Below, piece after piece: positions 1 through 9,696 of a DNA stretch of 64,000 nt. This DNA comes from an uncultured virus (IMG/VR IMGVR_UViG_3300025132_000029) (Duplodnaviria; Heunggongvirae; Uroviricota; Caudoviricetes): IMG/VR virus record IMGVR_UViG_3300025132_000029. One strand, 5' to 3'. The translations under genes and the position numbers were made by a program. The notes beneath the pieces were generated by a model that was not told where the DNA came from, did not search any database, and worked only from the letters and a program-made list of their open reading frames with translations. Within the stretch, counting starts at the first letter, position 1. Every line of letters starts with the position of its first letter.

Positions 1-4
1 GGAA

Positions 5-913
5 ATGACAAATGAAATCCACTTTACCCCAGGTGCAGCAGCGACTGGTGATTGTGGTATTATAACGGGTGGAAATAGTAATTCAGATTTTAGACCTGCA
101 ATGATTTTCCTAAATAGTAATGTTGGTACAACAGGTGCACAACATGTTAGAGGGGCTATTTCTGCAAGAAGGTATCCTGGTGATAACCTACACTCAAATT
201 ATACAGGTTCAGTTAATGGTGTCAATGGTATATCTGCAATATTTGGTGAATACAGGCATGACCAAGGAAAGGTTGATTTACCAACAAATACTTCTCACTT
301 TGGAACGGCACCTGCAGCTATTTGGGGACACCAAGAATCTATTGGTAATGATGCTGAAGGATTTAAGCATGGTGTAAGGGCAACTATTGACCAATTAGCA
401 TCTGGTGAAAATGATTCATCTACTGCATGTTTCTATGCATACAATAATCAAATAAGTAGTGATGGAGGTGAAGGAACAGGAACATATCACTTTACGTTCT
501 ATGGTGAAGGTGCATCATCAGGTGGAAGAGGTTCTGTAATGTTTAATGAGGGTACTATATTTAGTGCAGCCGATGTCGTTGCATATAGTGGAGTGTCTGC
601 TGCATCTGATATAAGATTAAAGAAAAACAGAAGAAAACTTATTGACCCACTTGCAACTGTATTAAAATTAAAAGGTGCAAAGTTTGAATGGAAAAAAGAT
701 GACAAAACAGATATAGGATTCATTGCACAAGAAGTTGAAACAATAATTCCAGAAATTGTAAAAACAAATGACTTTGATATGAACACAGGCGTCAAGGATA
801 TGAAAACAGTTGAGTATGGAAAGTTAGCACCATATTTGGTTGAGGCAATAAAGGAACAACAAAAACAAATTGATGAACTAAAACAACAAATAAAAAAATT
901 GGAGAATAAATAA
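5..913 (+). CDS. Tail fibre/spike C-terminal part with peptidase S74 intramolecular chaperone domain (probably 5'-partial)
   Basis: SDIRLKKN...IGFIAQEVE...LVEAIKEQQKQIDELK is the S74 chaperone signature with terminal coiled coil; frame is open to the window edge. Confidence 0.85.
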   Translation: MTNEIHFTPGAAATGDCGIITGGNSNSDFRPAMIFLNSNVGTTGAQHVRGAISARRYPGDNLHSNYTGSVNGVNGISAIFGEYRHDQGKVDLPTNTSHFGTAPAAIWGHQESIGNDAEGFKHGVRATIDQLASGENDSSTACFYAYNNQISSDGGEGTGTYHFTFYGEGASSGGRGSVMFNEGTIFSAADVVAYSGVSAASDIRLKKNRRKLIDPLATVLKLKGAKFEWKKDDKTDIGFIAQEVETIIPEIVKTNDFDMNTGVKDMKTVEYGKLAPYLVEAIKEQQKQIDELKQQIKKLENK

Positions 914-1629
914 TGCCATCAGTTGGGGATACATTATCTTTAGGAGCTTTAGGAAATGCTGTTGATGCAAATGCAAACAATACTACACAAACTGCATTGG
1001 CAAAGGATGGTGCAGGAAGTCCAGGTACTCTAACAAGACTAAGTGACTTTCATGTTGCAAGTATTACTGGACCAATAATTTCTGACACAACTCCAAATGA
1101 AGGACAATCATATACAATAACTGTTAATTTTGGAACATACGGTTCAAAGTTTATTTCAAGAATTGCTAGTCTTACTAGTAATTTTGTTTGGCAAGAGGTA
1201 AGTAATACAAGTAAATATACACTTATAATATCATCAGATTATACCGCAGGTTGTACTATGAGTAGTGTATCATCCAACCAGAGTTGTACAATTAAATGTA
1301 AATTCAATGATGGGTTTAACGACCATGCAACAAATTGGGGTACATTTATAAATGAATCTTTTACAATTCAAAATCTAGGCGGTGGTTCTGGTGGTGGAAA
1401 GTCAGACATCAGATTAAAAGAAAATATAGATTTCATTGGTTATTCTAAATCAAATATTCCAATATATGAATTTAACTATATTGGAAAACCTGAAAGATAT
1501 CAGGGTACAATGGCTCAGGATTTATTAAATATGAATCTAGGTGATGCGGTTGTATTAGACAATGATGGTTACTTTAATGTATTGTATAATAAAATTGATG
1601 TTGAATTCAAACAATTAGAAATAGCATAA
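913..1629 (+). CDS. Tail-fibre-associated protein with C-terminal S74-like chaperone domain
   Basis: Gly linker then SDIRLKENI...YQGTMAQDL...YNKIDVEF. Confidence 0.7.
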   Translation: MPSVGDTLSLGALGNAVDANANNTTQTALAKDGAGSPGTLTRLSDFHVASITGPIISDTTPNEGQSYTITVNFGTYGSKFISRIASLTSNFVWQEVSNTSKYTLIISSDYTAGCTMSSVSSNQSCTIKCKFNDGFNDHATNWGTFINESFTIQNLGGGSGGGKSDIRLKENIDFIGYSKSNIPIYEFNYIGKPERYQGTMAQDLLNMNLGDAVVLDNDGYFNVLYNKIDVEFKQLEIA

Positions 1630-2189
1630 TGTCGTCATATACCAAAATAGATAATTATTATATTATAGAAAATGTAATAACAGATGTTCAGATAAATCAA
1701 CTACTTGAGTGGTTTGAATCTATAGAATCCACAACAACAGTTACTCATGGTGGTGATTGGGATACGTCATCTACATCCATAGTTCGACTAGAATGTCCTT
1801 ATAGAACTAAATCTGTAATTGGTGTACCGTATGATACATTTCCATTTATGAAAGAAATATTTACCAATATGTTTGCTACTGTCATTGATTCAGACTTTTC
1901 ACTGGAAGGTCCACCGTATCTTGCTAGGTATGATGTAGGTGACAGGCATAGTACTCATGTAGATAAAAATGACACATGGCCAAACAGGCATTGGCTAGCA
2001 AGTATTCAATTATCAGACCCTAATTTATACCAAGGAGGTGATCTTTATGTAGATAGGAGCTATGGTGACTTTACAGTTTACGGACCACGAGATAAGGGCT
2101 GTGGTATAATTTATAATGGGGATTTACAACACCTAGTTTCACCAATAACAGAAGGTTCAAGATATTCATTATCAGAGAGTGCTGGATAA
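1629..2189 (+). CDS. 2OG-Fe(II) oxygenase (prolyl-4-hydroxylase/PKHD-like)
   Basis: H-x-D (HVD), YQGGDL, distal H (HLVSPIT) and R-x-S (RYS) motifs. Confidence 0.85.
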   Translation: MSSYTKIDNYYIIENVITDVQINQLLEWFESIESTTTVTHGGDWDTSSTSIVRLECPYRTKSVIGVPYDTFPFMKEIFTNMFATVIDSDFSLEGPPYLARYDVGDRHSTHVDKNDTWPNRHWLASIQLSDPNLYQGGDLYVDRSYGDFTVYGPRDKGCGIIYNGDLQHLVSPITEGSRYSLSESAG

Positions 2190-2234
2190 ATGAATGATTG
2201 TGCTTAACTAATCATTTTAATAGTAATAAGTTTG

Positions 2235-2242
2235 ATATTTAT
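2235..2242 (+). promoter_or_regulatory. Putative late promoter motif ATATTTAT
   Basis: Recurrent intergenic motif upstream of structural genes. Confidence 0.6.
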
Positions 2243-2260
2243 ATAATAGGTATAACATAG

Positions 2261-2626
2261 ATGGCAAATAAGACAAAAATAAAGTGGGAGGATGCAAACA
2301 TCAAATGGGATGATGCAAAAAGTGAGCAAGACGCATACAACGACGAGTTTGGCCAATTTGAGTTTACCTGGAATGATGTAGTTTTAATTGAAGAAATTAT
2401 TGATGCTGTTGCTGAGGACGGTCCTGGTGGTAGTGTACAATCATACGTAGAAAAGGCTGAGGAAGAAAAGAAGAAAAGACTTGTTAGATTAGTCATGAGA
2501 AGACGAGGTATTAAAATGTATGATGAACAAAAAGAAGTAAAAAATATAACTGCACATGTAAAAGATATTGAAATGATTGTAGAAGAAGTAAAAAAATCAA
2601 TCCAATTGGAGAATATAAATGTATAA
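2261..2626 (+). CDS. Hypothetical protein
   Basis: 121-aa ORF behind the ATATTTAT motif, coupled to the next ORF. Confidence 0.7.
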   Translation: MANKTKIKWEDANIKWDDAKSEQDAYNDEFGQFEFTWNDVVLIEEIIDAVAEDGPGGSVQSYVEKAEEEKKKRLVRLVMRRRGIKMYDEQKEVKNITAHVKDIEMIVEEVKKSIQLENINV

Positions 2627-3341
2627 GCTGTATACCGATAAAACTGAAATTTTTGAATGTGATATTCAATTAACAGGTGCTAGTCTAAAAAATTCAAAGG
2701 CAAGATTAATTGTTGAGACGCCAGATGTTAATTTACTTTTTAAGGGTGAAATATTAAAAGGTGGAAAATGTAGAGTTCCTGTTAAAAAATTAAAAGGAAT
2801 TCTTGGCGAAACATCAGAAGGAAAAATAAAATTAGAAGTTATAGCAGATGATACATATTTCAATCCGTGGGAAAGCGAATTCAAAGTTGAAAGTAGTAAG
2901 CAAATTACTGTTGAGGTAAAATCACAATCATCAAATATAATTAAAGACGATTCTCCAAAAATGAAAGTAAATGTTCTAGGTGAAAACAATTCAACAACAA
3001 ATACACCAGGAACTCGTGGATATTCAGCATACCTTAAAAAGGGTGATGTAAAGAAGCAAAGAAAAAGTCTTAAAAAGTCAATTGAAAAAACAACAGGTTA
3101 TAAACCAGCTAACGATGAAATTTTTATTGAAGATGATATTACAATGTCAGAAAGAAAGCACATAGTAAACATAATGAAGTTATTAATTCGTGAAGATATT
3201 AATATCAAGAATCTTTCAATAAAGAGAAACAAGCTAAATAAAATAGTTGCAGTATATACAAAAAGATTTCCAATAAACGAATCTGTAAAACCTAAAGTAA
3301 TGGAAGGTGTTATAAAAGTACTGTCAAAACTAAAAAAATAG
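2619..3341 (+). CDS. Hypothetical protein
   Basis: 240-aa ORF with GGAG SD; beta-rich N-terminal part and Lys-rich C-terminal part. Confidence 0.7.
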   Translation: MYKLYTDKTEIFECDIQLTGASLKNSKARLIVETPDVNLLFKGEILKGGKCRVPVKKLKGILGETSEGKIKLEVIADDTYFNPWESEFKVESSKQITVEVKSQSSNIIKDDSPKMKVNVLGENNSTTNTPGTRGYSAYLKKGDVKKQRKSLKKSIEKTTGYKPANDEIFIEDDITMSERKHIVNIMKLLIREDINIKNLSIKRNKLNKIVAVYTKRFPINESVKPKVMEGVIKVLSKLKK

Positions 3342-3353
3342 GGAATGTAGGTA

Positions 3354-6300
3354 ATGCCCACAAATCTATCAGGCAGTAATATATCAGATACTTTTCAACA
3401 AGTTCTTCACACAACCGGTGATGGAAACATATATGATGGTACTGGTTCTGTAGTATTGTTGAATGCTAATACAGTGGCAACAGCATCTCATGCATTATTT
3501 GCAGTATCAGCATCTCATGAAATCACGTTTGAATTATCTTCATCCCATGCAGGGGTAGCAGACGCACTAACACCAGGTGTTGACATAGATGTGAGAAATA
3601 TAACAGCCTCAGGTGATATAAGTTCAAGTGGTACAATAACATCAGATATATATAAAACAGATGGCGGTAGTTTAGCTTTTCATGGTAATAACATTGGTTA
3701 TGATGCTTTACATATTGGTTTTCATACTGGTCAACGAATTTCTATAGGTAAAGATACAACCACAAATATCCGATTAAATGGTCATGTAACAGCATCAGGT
3801 AATATAAGTGCAAGTGGTGATTTATTAGTAAAAAATATATTAACTTCAGGTAATATAACAGCAAGTGGAGACTTAGTCGTTACCGAATATATCAAACACA
3901 AAGGCGATGATAATACAGCAATCCGCTTTACTAATAATAAGATTTCATTTGATGCCGGCGGCATGACATTCTTTGCAGTTCATGATGATGATAGTGCTCC
4001 TTTTACTGCTACAGTTAATGGCGGTGGAAATCCAATTAACTTTAGAGCGTTAGATGAAAATCAAAATGTACTTCTAAAAACTGATTCTGAAGCATTTAAT
4101 GTTGGACTATATTATGCCGGCAATAAAAAATTAGAAACAACAGCAGAAGGTGTTGATATAACAGGTGATGTAAGTGCAAGTGGTGACATAAGTGCAAGTG
4201 GTACAATAGTTGGTTCTAATTTAAGTGGTACAAATACTGGAGATATTACATTAACAGGAACCCCGGATTATATAACAATATCAAATCAAGTAATAACAAG
4301 AAATCTAATAGATTTAGCTAATGATGTAACAGGTGTATTAGAGTCAGCTAATTTAGATGCAGATACAGCTCATTTAACAACAGATCAAACTTTTTCAGGA
4401 AAGAAAACATTTAGCGCTTCAATAACAGCTTCAGCTGATATAAGTGCAAGTGGATTTATTCATAGTTCACAGTATCATTTATTTAATAAACCAATTATAA
4501 GCGCTGATGGTAGTGAAACACAATTACAAATAGGTAAATCAACAGATTGGACAAATGGAATTGTAGTAGGTAGAGTCGGCCAACCAACTTATCTAGCTGG
4601 TCATGTAACAGCCTCAGGAGATATAAGTGCAAGTGTAGCATCTAAACTACAAAACTTTACACATATACAACCAGGCTCTGGACAGAACGTACTTATCAAC
4701 CCGCATAATGCTGTAGACCCATTAGCAGATCATATGCTTACTGTAGGTGGAAGTATAAAATCACAACCGGGAGGAACTTCTAATATAGTAGCGCTCTCAA
4801 ATGGTCATATAACAGCCTCAGGTAATATAAGTGCAAGTGACGGAATATATGCAAAAAATTATTATCTAAAAAATGGAGAAGTTATTGCAGCCGCTGCAGG
4901 TACAACATTTTTTGGAAGAGTGGGTCAAAACACAACCATTACCGGTTCAAGAATTCTACTACAATCTGATGTAACAGCTTCAGGTGGTATACAAGCCAGC
5001 CAACTTCACGTTGGTCTAGGAGGAGTTCCAATTACTGATAGAATAGCACACTTATGTAATTCAGGCAGTAGTACATACCTAAGACTATCAACAGTTGGAA
5101 ATCACAACCAACTTATTGAATTCCAAAACCTACAAGAAGAACCAGATTTCACAATAGGAACTTATCATTCTGATGGCGGTTTTCAAGTCAGGTCCGATAA
5201 CAAAACATTTTTAATAATTGGTGCAGATGATGGTGACGAAATTTTTGCAAGTGGTAGTCTTAGATTATCAGGTGACATAAGTGGTAGTGCAACATCAACA
5301 GGTTCATTTCAAGAAATTCGCACCAACTTCTTACGGGATATAGATGACCCAACAACTGGTATTGACTTTACGTATGGTGACCAAGTACATCATCGTGTTA
5401 ACAATACTTCATACATAAGATTACGAGATACTTCTCAGGACATAGTAAGAATAAATGAAGGCTTTGCTGATATAGATTTTGAAGTGCATGGTGATAATCA
5501 TTTATTATTAAAAACTGATGCAGCTGAAGATTATGTAGAAGTATCAGGTAGTTTAAGAGTTACAGGACAGGGTTATATAACTGCATCAGATATAAGTGCA
5601 AGTAGTGAGATTATTGCGGAGAATTTGAGAGTGCCTGGAACACTTGCCTCAACTGGTATTTTTATAGATGCATTATCACCTGGTAAACCAACAATAAATG
5701 CAAATAGTGGTAGGTTAATAATAGGTGCAGCACATTCATCATATACTGGTCAAGGTGTAACAATATTTTCATCAGGTTCAGGTGAAGGGCTAAAAATGGA
5801 TGCGCTAGGAAACATGACAGCCTCAGGTGATATAAGTGCAAGTGGTGACATTTTTACAACTGACTTTTATGCACCTATTGGTATAAATGATGGGTATCAT
5901 ATTGGTGTAGGAGCAGCTGCAGGAAAACCTATACTTTCAATGGCAAACTCAGGCTCAGCCCTCAGAATAGGAGCAGATCACGCCACATATCTAGCAAGTG
6001 GTGTCAATATTTTTACTACTGGTTCCGATAGTTCAAAAGGATTATTTTTAGATAGTGGTGGTAACATAACATCATCAGGTAATATATCTGCATCTCAAGG
6101 ATTTTTTGATTATTTATACACTGGTGTTGAAATAGGTGAAAATGAGGTAACAGGTACTAATGAAGGTGCACTATTAAAAATTCATGCTTCAAGTTTTGCT
6201 TATAGTTCACAAATACAGTTCAAAGGTGCAGACACATTAAGGTGGTCACTTGGTTTTCCATCCATAACGGCTGGTGACAATGATTTTGTAATTCAACAGG

Positions 6301-8366
6301 GTACAAATCCTGCACTTAATGCATCAGGTAATTTTGTAATAAAGAGTGGTAGTAGCAATGTTGGTATTAATTATAAAGCTGGTGACGATATACCTGCAAA
6401 ATTATCAGTGGCTGGAAACATAAATACTACAAGCAATATAACAGCATCAGGTGATATAAGTGCAAGTGGATTTATAAGTTCAAGTGGAATAAGATCAAAT
6501 GACCAAGTTGATATAAATTCTTCTTTTGCACAATTAAGATTATCTGATGATAACTTTAGTGATTGGCTAGCTATAGGCCAGTCTGGTACTGTAGGTTACA
6601 TAAAAACATCTGATGATGATAATAATTTCAAATTTAGAAGAGGAAGTGATAATACAGATTTAGTTGAGATACTTTTCGAAGATGAAAGAATCCATATCTC
6701 TGGCTCAGGTGGATTGGATGTTACGGGTAACATAACAGCCTCAGGTAATATAAGTGCTTCAGGAACTGTATTTGCAGATAAATTTAGAGCAAGTCAATTT
6801 GGTGCTGATACTTCAACAAATAACTACGTATCATTTAATAGTACCCTACATCAAACTAATTTTGTTAATGGTGGAACAACGTCTGCTACATTTGATAATT
6901 CATATATTGAATTAAATAGAAACATAACTGGTTCAGGTCAAATTTCAATGAGTGGTACTGGTGATCACACTCTTGGTGGAAATCTAACAGTTCATGGTAG
7001 AATCAGGTCAATAGGTTCTGATGTTACAATTGAAAATGGTAGCATTACAATATCAGGTGACATAAGTGGTAGTGCAACATCAACAGGTTCATTTGCACAT
7101 ATTGTAACTGAAGGTGATACAATTGAATTTAGAAGTGCTGGTAGTAAAATTGGTCAATTAAAGGTTGACGATAGTACAGGATTTTCATTTGATACATCAG
7201 ATGGTACAGATAGAAAACCAGTAAGAATGGGTGAATTGGAAACTAAAACCGTTCAAGTCACTGGTAAGATAACAGCATCAGGTGATATAAGTGCAAGTGG
7301 AGATATAGAAGGAAGAGGATTTTATACACCAACTGCAAGATTTTATGATGCATCTGCAAATAATGCAGCTATCCAAAAAAGTGATGGTGGACAATTAGAT
7401 TCATTACAACTCAAAACGGCCGTAGTAGAAGGGATTGAACTTAGATTAACAGGTAATATAAGTGCAAGTGGAACTATAAGTGCAAGTGGAAAAATAGAAT
7501 CAGAAAGATTTGTTTCAAATGGATTTAATATTGGTTATGGTACAACATCTGAGGTTCGTATTGGCTTTCAAAACAACACACCTATCTCATTTGGAAAAAG
7601 TGCCAACCCAGCATTTTTCTATGGTGCAATAACTGCATCAAGTCGTATAAGTGCAAGTGGAACAGTAGAGGCAAATCAATTATATCTTGATTCAGGTGAC
7701 AATGGTATTGCATTTATTACATCTGCCTCAACCGCTAATCTAGGAGGGTCAATTGGACAACACAGTGAAGGTATAGGAATCTCAATTCAACCAGGGAGTA
7801 CATCAGCGGTTGCAACAGGTTTAATCATAACGTCATCAATATTTCCAGATGATAATACGGATCATAGGCATGGTATACATACTAAAGTTTCAATAGGACA
7901 AGCTGTCACCTCAGGCTCAAGATTAAACTTTAATGTTTCAGGTTCATCAATGATTGGTAAGCGTGATATGGATTACTTAAACCATACACAAGTAGGTATG
8001 GACGCACAAGGTGATATTATTAGACACGTATCAAATGTACAAACAATACCAGGTGCAATCTATACATTCTTAAGTAATGGAAATATTGGACTTGCAGACA
8101 AAGACAGTGTAACTTCAACAGGTTCACTATTTATGGGTATTGGTTTTGGCGGTTCACAAAATGATGGATTGTTAATGAGAGGAGTAATCAAAACACATAC
8201 AACATATGACCAACATTTTGGTGGGCCATTATGGTTAGGTGACAACGGCTCCGCATCAGTTGCACCACCATCCGACGCTTCTGATATTGCAAGAATAATT
8301 GGATATGTAATGAGTGGTTCAACAATATACTTTAATCCAGACAATTCATTTGTTAAGAGGTCATAA
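3354..8366 (+). CDS. Long Ser/Gly/Thr-rich fibre-like virion protein with G(N/H)ITASG(D/N)ISAS repeats
   Basis: 1670 aa; repeated ITASGDISASG spacers between unique modules; composition typical of phage fibres. Confidence 0.75.
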   Translation: MPTNLSGSNISDTFQQVLHTTGDGNIYDGTGSVVLLNANTVATASHALFAVSASHEITFELSSSHAGVADALTPGVDIDVRNITASGDISSSGTITSDIYKTDGGSLAFHGNNIGYDALHIGFHTGQRISIGKDTTTNIRLNGHVTASGNISASGDLLVKNILTSGNITASGDLVVTEYIKHKGDDNTAIRFTNNKISFDAGGMTFFAVHDDDSAPFTATVNGGGNPINFRALDENQNVLLKTDSEAFNVGLYYAGNKKLETTAEGVDITGDVSASGDISASGTIVGSNLSGTNTGDITLTGTPDYITISNQVITRNLIDLANDVTGVLESANLDADTAHLTTDQTFSGKKTFSASITASADISASGFIHSSQYHLFNKPIISADGSETQLQIGKSTDWTNGIVVGRVGQPTYLAGHVTASGDISASVASKLQNFTHIQPGSGQNVLINPHNAVDPLADHMLTVGGSIKSQPGGTSNIVALSNGHITASGNISASDGIYAKNYYLKNGEVIAAAAGTTFFGRVGQNTTITGSRILLQSDVTASGGIQASQLHVGLGGVPITDRIAHLCNSGSSTYLRLSTVGNHNQLIEFQNLQEEPDFTIGTYHSDGGFQVRSDNKTFLIIGADDGDEIFASGSLRLSGDISGSATSTGSFQEIRTNFLRDIDDPTTGIDFTYGDQVHHRVNNTSYIRLRDTSQDIVRINEGFADIDFEVHGDNHLLLKTDAAEDYVEVSGSLRVTGQGYITASDISASSEIIAENLRVPGTLASTGIFIDALSPGKPTINANSGRLIIGAAHSSYTGQGVTIFSSGSGEGLKMDALGNMTASGDISASGDIFTTDFYAPIGINDGYHIGVGAAAGKPILSMANSGSALRIGADHATYLASGVNIFTTGSDSSKGLFLDSGGNITSSGNISASQGFFDYLYTGVEIGENEVTGTNEGALLKIHASSFAYSSQIQFKGADTLRWSLGFPSITAGDNDFVIQQGTNPALNASGNFVIKSGSSNVGINYKAGDDIPAKLSVAGNINTTSNITASGDISASGFISSSGIRSNDQVDINSSFAQLRLSDDNFSDWLAIGQSGTVGYIKTSDDDNNFKFRRGSDNTDLVEILFEDERIHISGSGGLDVTGNITASGNISASGTVFADKFRASQFGADTSTNNYVSFNSTLHQTNFVNGGTTSATFDNSYIELNRNITGSGQISMSGTGDHTLGGNLTVHGRIRSIGSDVTIENGSITISGDISGSATSTGSFAHIVTEGDTIEFRSAGSKIGQLKVDDSTGFSFDTSDGTDRKPVRMGELETKTVQVTGKITASGDISASGDIEGRGFYTPTARFYDASANNAAIQKSDGGQLDSLQLKTAVVEGIELRLTGNISASGTISASGKIESERFVSNGFNIGYGTTSEVRIGFQNNTPISFGKSANPAFFYGAITASSRISASGTVEANQLYLDSGDNGIAFITSASTANLGGSIGQHSEGIGISIQPGSTSAVATGLIITSSIFPDDNTDHRHGIHTKVSIGQAVTSGSRLNFNVSGSSMIGKRDMDYLNHTQVGMDAQGDIIRHVSNVQTIPGAIYTFLSNGNIGLADKDSVTSTGSLFMGIGFGGSQNDGLLMRGVIKTHTTYDQHFGGPLWLGDNGSASVAPPSDASDIARIIGYVMSGSTIYFNPDNSFVKRS
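3804..7658 (+). repeat. Dispersed intragenic repeat ATAAGTGCAAGT (12 copies counted) plus a 44-bp exact direct repeat
   Basis: Copies at 3804, 4188, 4440, 4623, 4827, 5592, 5832, 6456, 7287, 7458, 7476, 7647; 5266-5309 is identical to 7051-7094. Confidence 0.85.
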
Positions 8367-8368
8367 TC

Positions 8369-8929
8369 ATGAATTATCTTGAAGCTCCTCTTACATTTGA
8401 GTCCGATAAGATTTATTATTCTGATGGTACATCAACATTTGAAGTAATGATGGATTGGGAAGACTCATTGATGTCAGCATCAGCTGCCTATGTTTGTGAA
8501 GGTGGAGGTGATATATTGGAAGTAGGTTTTGGTATGGGCATATCTGCTGGCTATATGCATTCTCATTCAATCTCTTCTCACACAATAATTGAAAACCATC
8601 CAGATATAATTCCTAAAGCAATTGCATGGGCAAATGAAAAATCAAATGTTACAGTTGTAACTTCAAGTTGGTATGACATTAAAGATTCACTATCAACATA
8701 TGATGGTATATTTTATGATACTTATGGTGACCAAAACATGAATAACTTTAGTTCATCGCTAGCTAGCTTGACAAAGTCAGGTACTCGTGTAACATGGTGG
8801 AACAACAACAACTCTGCAACAAATTATTACAACATACATAATGTAACATATCAAGAAATATCAGTTTCACCACAAACAAATGGATATTTTAATCACACAA
8901 CATATTACTTACCAAGGAGACAGTTCTAA
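8369..8929 (+). CDS. Class I SAM-dependent methyltransferase (GAMT/Rmt2-like)
   Basis: VMMDWE, ILEVGFGMGISA (motif I), IIENHP, YDGIFYDTYG. Confidence 0.8.
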   Translation: MNYLEAPLTFESDKIYYSDGTSTFEVMMDWEDSLMSASAAYVCEGGGDILEVGFGMGISAGYMHSHSISSHTIIENHPDIIPKAIAWANEKSNVTVVTSSWYDIKDSLSTYDGIFYDTYGDQNMNNFSSSLASLTKSGTRVTWWNNNNSATNYYNIHNVTYQEISVSPQTNGYFNHTTYYLPRRQF

Positions 8930-9660
8930 TGGCGGAGTTACAAGCAAGTTCGTTTAAGCGAGTGTCTGTAACATTGTCAGATGGTACAAGCTTTGCTGGT
9001 GTACGAGCTGCAACTACAGGAACTAGTAATGGCACTATTACAACCTCATTTAATGCAGCCGTTCAAATAATTAAAGATGCAGGTAGAGGTGCTGGAACAT
9101 TTAGAGTTAGACGTGGATTTTTAGCATTTGATACATCAGGTATAACAGGTACTGTGTCATCAGCAACGCTTTCACTCACAGTTTCTCACGCCAGTGCAGA
9201 CTTACCAAAAATGGCCATTGTTAGGGGAGAAGCCGATGGTTCTTCCACCGGTCATTTTGATTCTATTACTGGTTTCAATAATAGTGACACTATGTCTGGA
9301 AACGTTACAGATTTAATTGACGGAACAAATGCAACTAACTTTTCTGGCGTTTCAACAAATACTACAGTTACAATTACATTAAATTCAACAGCCCGTGGAC
9401 TTATTACATCACAAGACGATTTGTATATAGTATTAGTTTCATATGAATATGATTACTTACTTGTAGAACCATCATCAAACGGATTTTTTGATGTAGGACT
9501 TTATGGAACTAGTGTTGGTACCACATCATACCGACCTCATATTGATTATGTTGAAGTAGTTTCCGGGTATAGTCATGATGTAAATGGAATTGACGCTGAT
9601 GATATTGGTGAAATAAATACAATAGCTTCTGCAAATGTTGAATTATTTAATGGAGTATAA
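8929..9660 (+). CDS. Putative virion structural protein (DNRLRE/CBM-like beta-sandwich)
   Basis: RRGFLAFDTSGITGTVSSATLSL motif; Ser/Thr-rich. Confidence 0.55.
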   Translation: MAELQASSFKRVSVTLSDGTSFAGVRAATTGTSNGTITTSFNAAVQIIKDAGRGAGTFRVRRGFLAFDTSGITGTVSSATLSLTVSHASADLPKMAIVRGEADGSSTGHFDSITGFNNSDTMSGNVTDLIDGTNATNFSGVSTNTTVTITLNSTARGLITSQDDLYIVLVSYEYDYLLVEPSSNGFFDVGLYGTSVGTTSYRPHIDYVEVVSGYSHDVNGIDADDIGEINTIASANVELFNGV

Positions 9661-9667
9661 TATTTAT
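9660..9667 (+). promoter_or_regulatory. Putative late promoter motif ATATTTAT
   Basis: Recurrent motif, 37 nt before the 9697 start. Confidence 0.6.
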
Positions 9668-9696
9668 ATTAATAAAGTAGGATTAAGGAAAACAAT

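Noticed and set aside
3804..7658. CRISPR array or diversity-generating retroelement repeats
   Set aside because: Repeats are short, in-frame and irregularly spaced within a CDS; the 44-bp pair is identical with no adenine-specific differences; no cas or reverse transcriptase gene in the window
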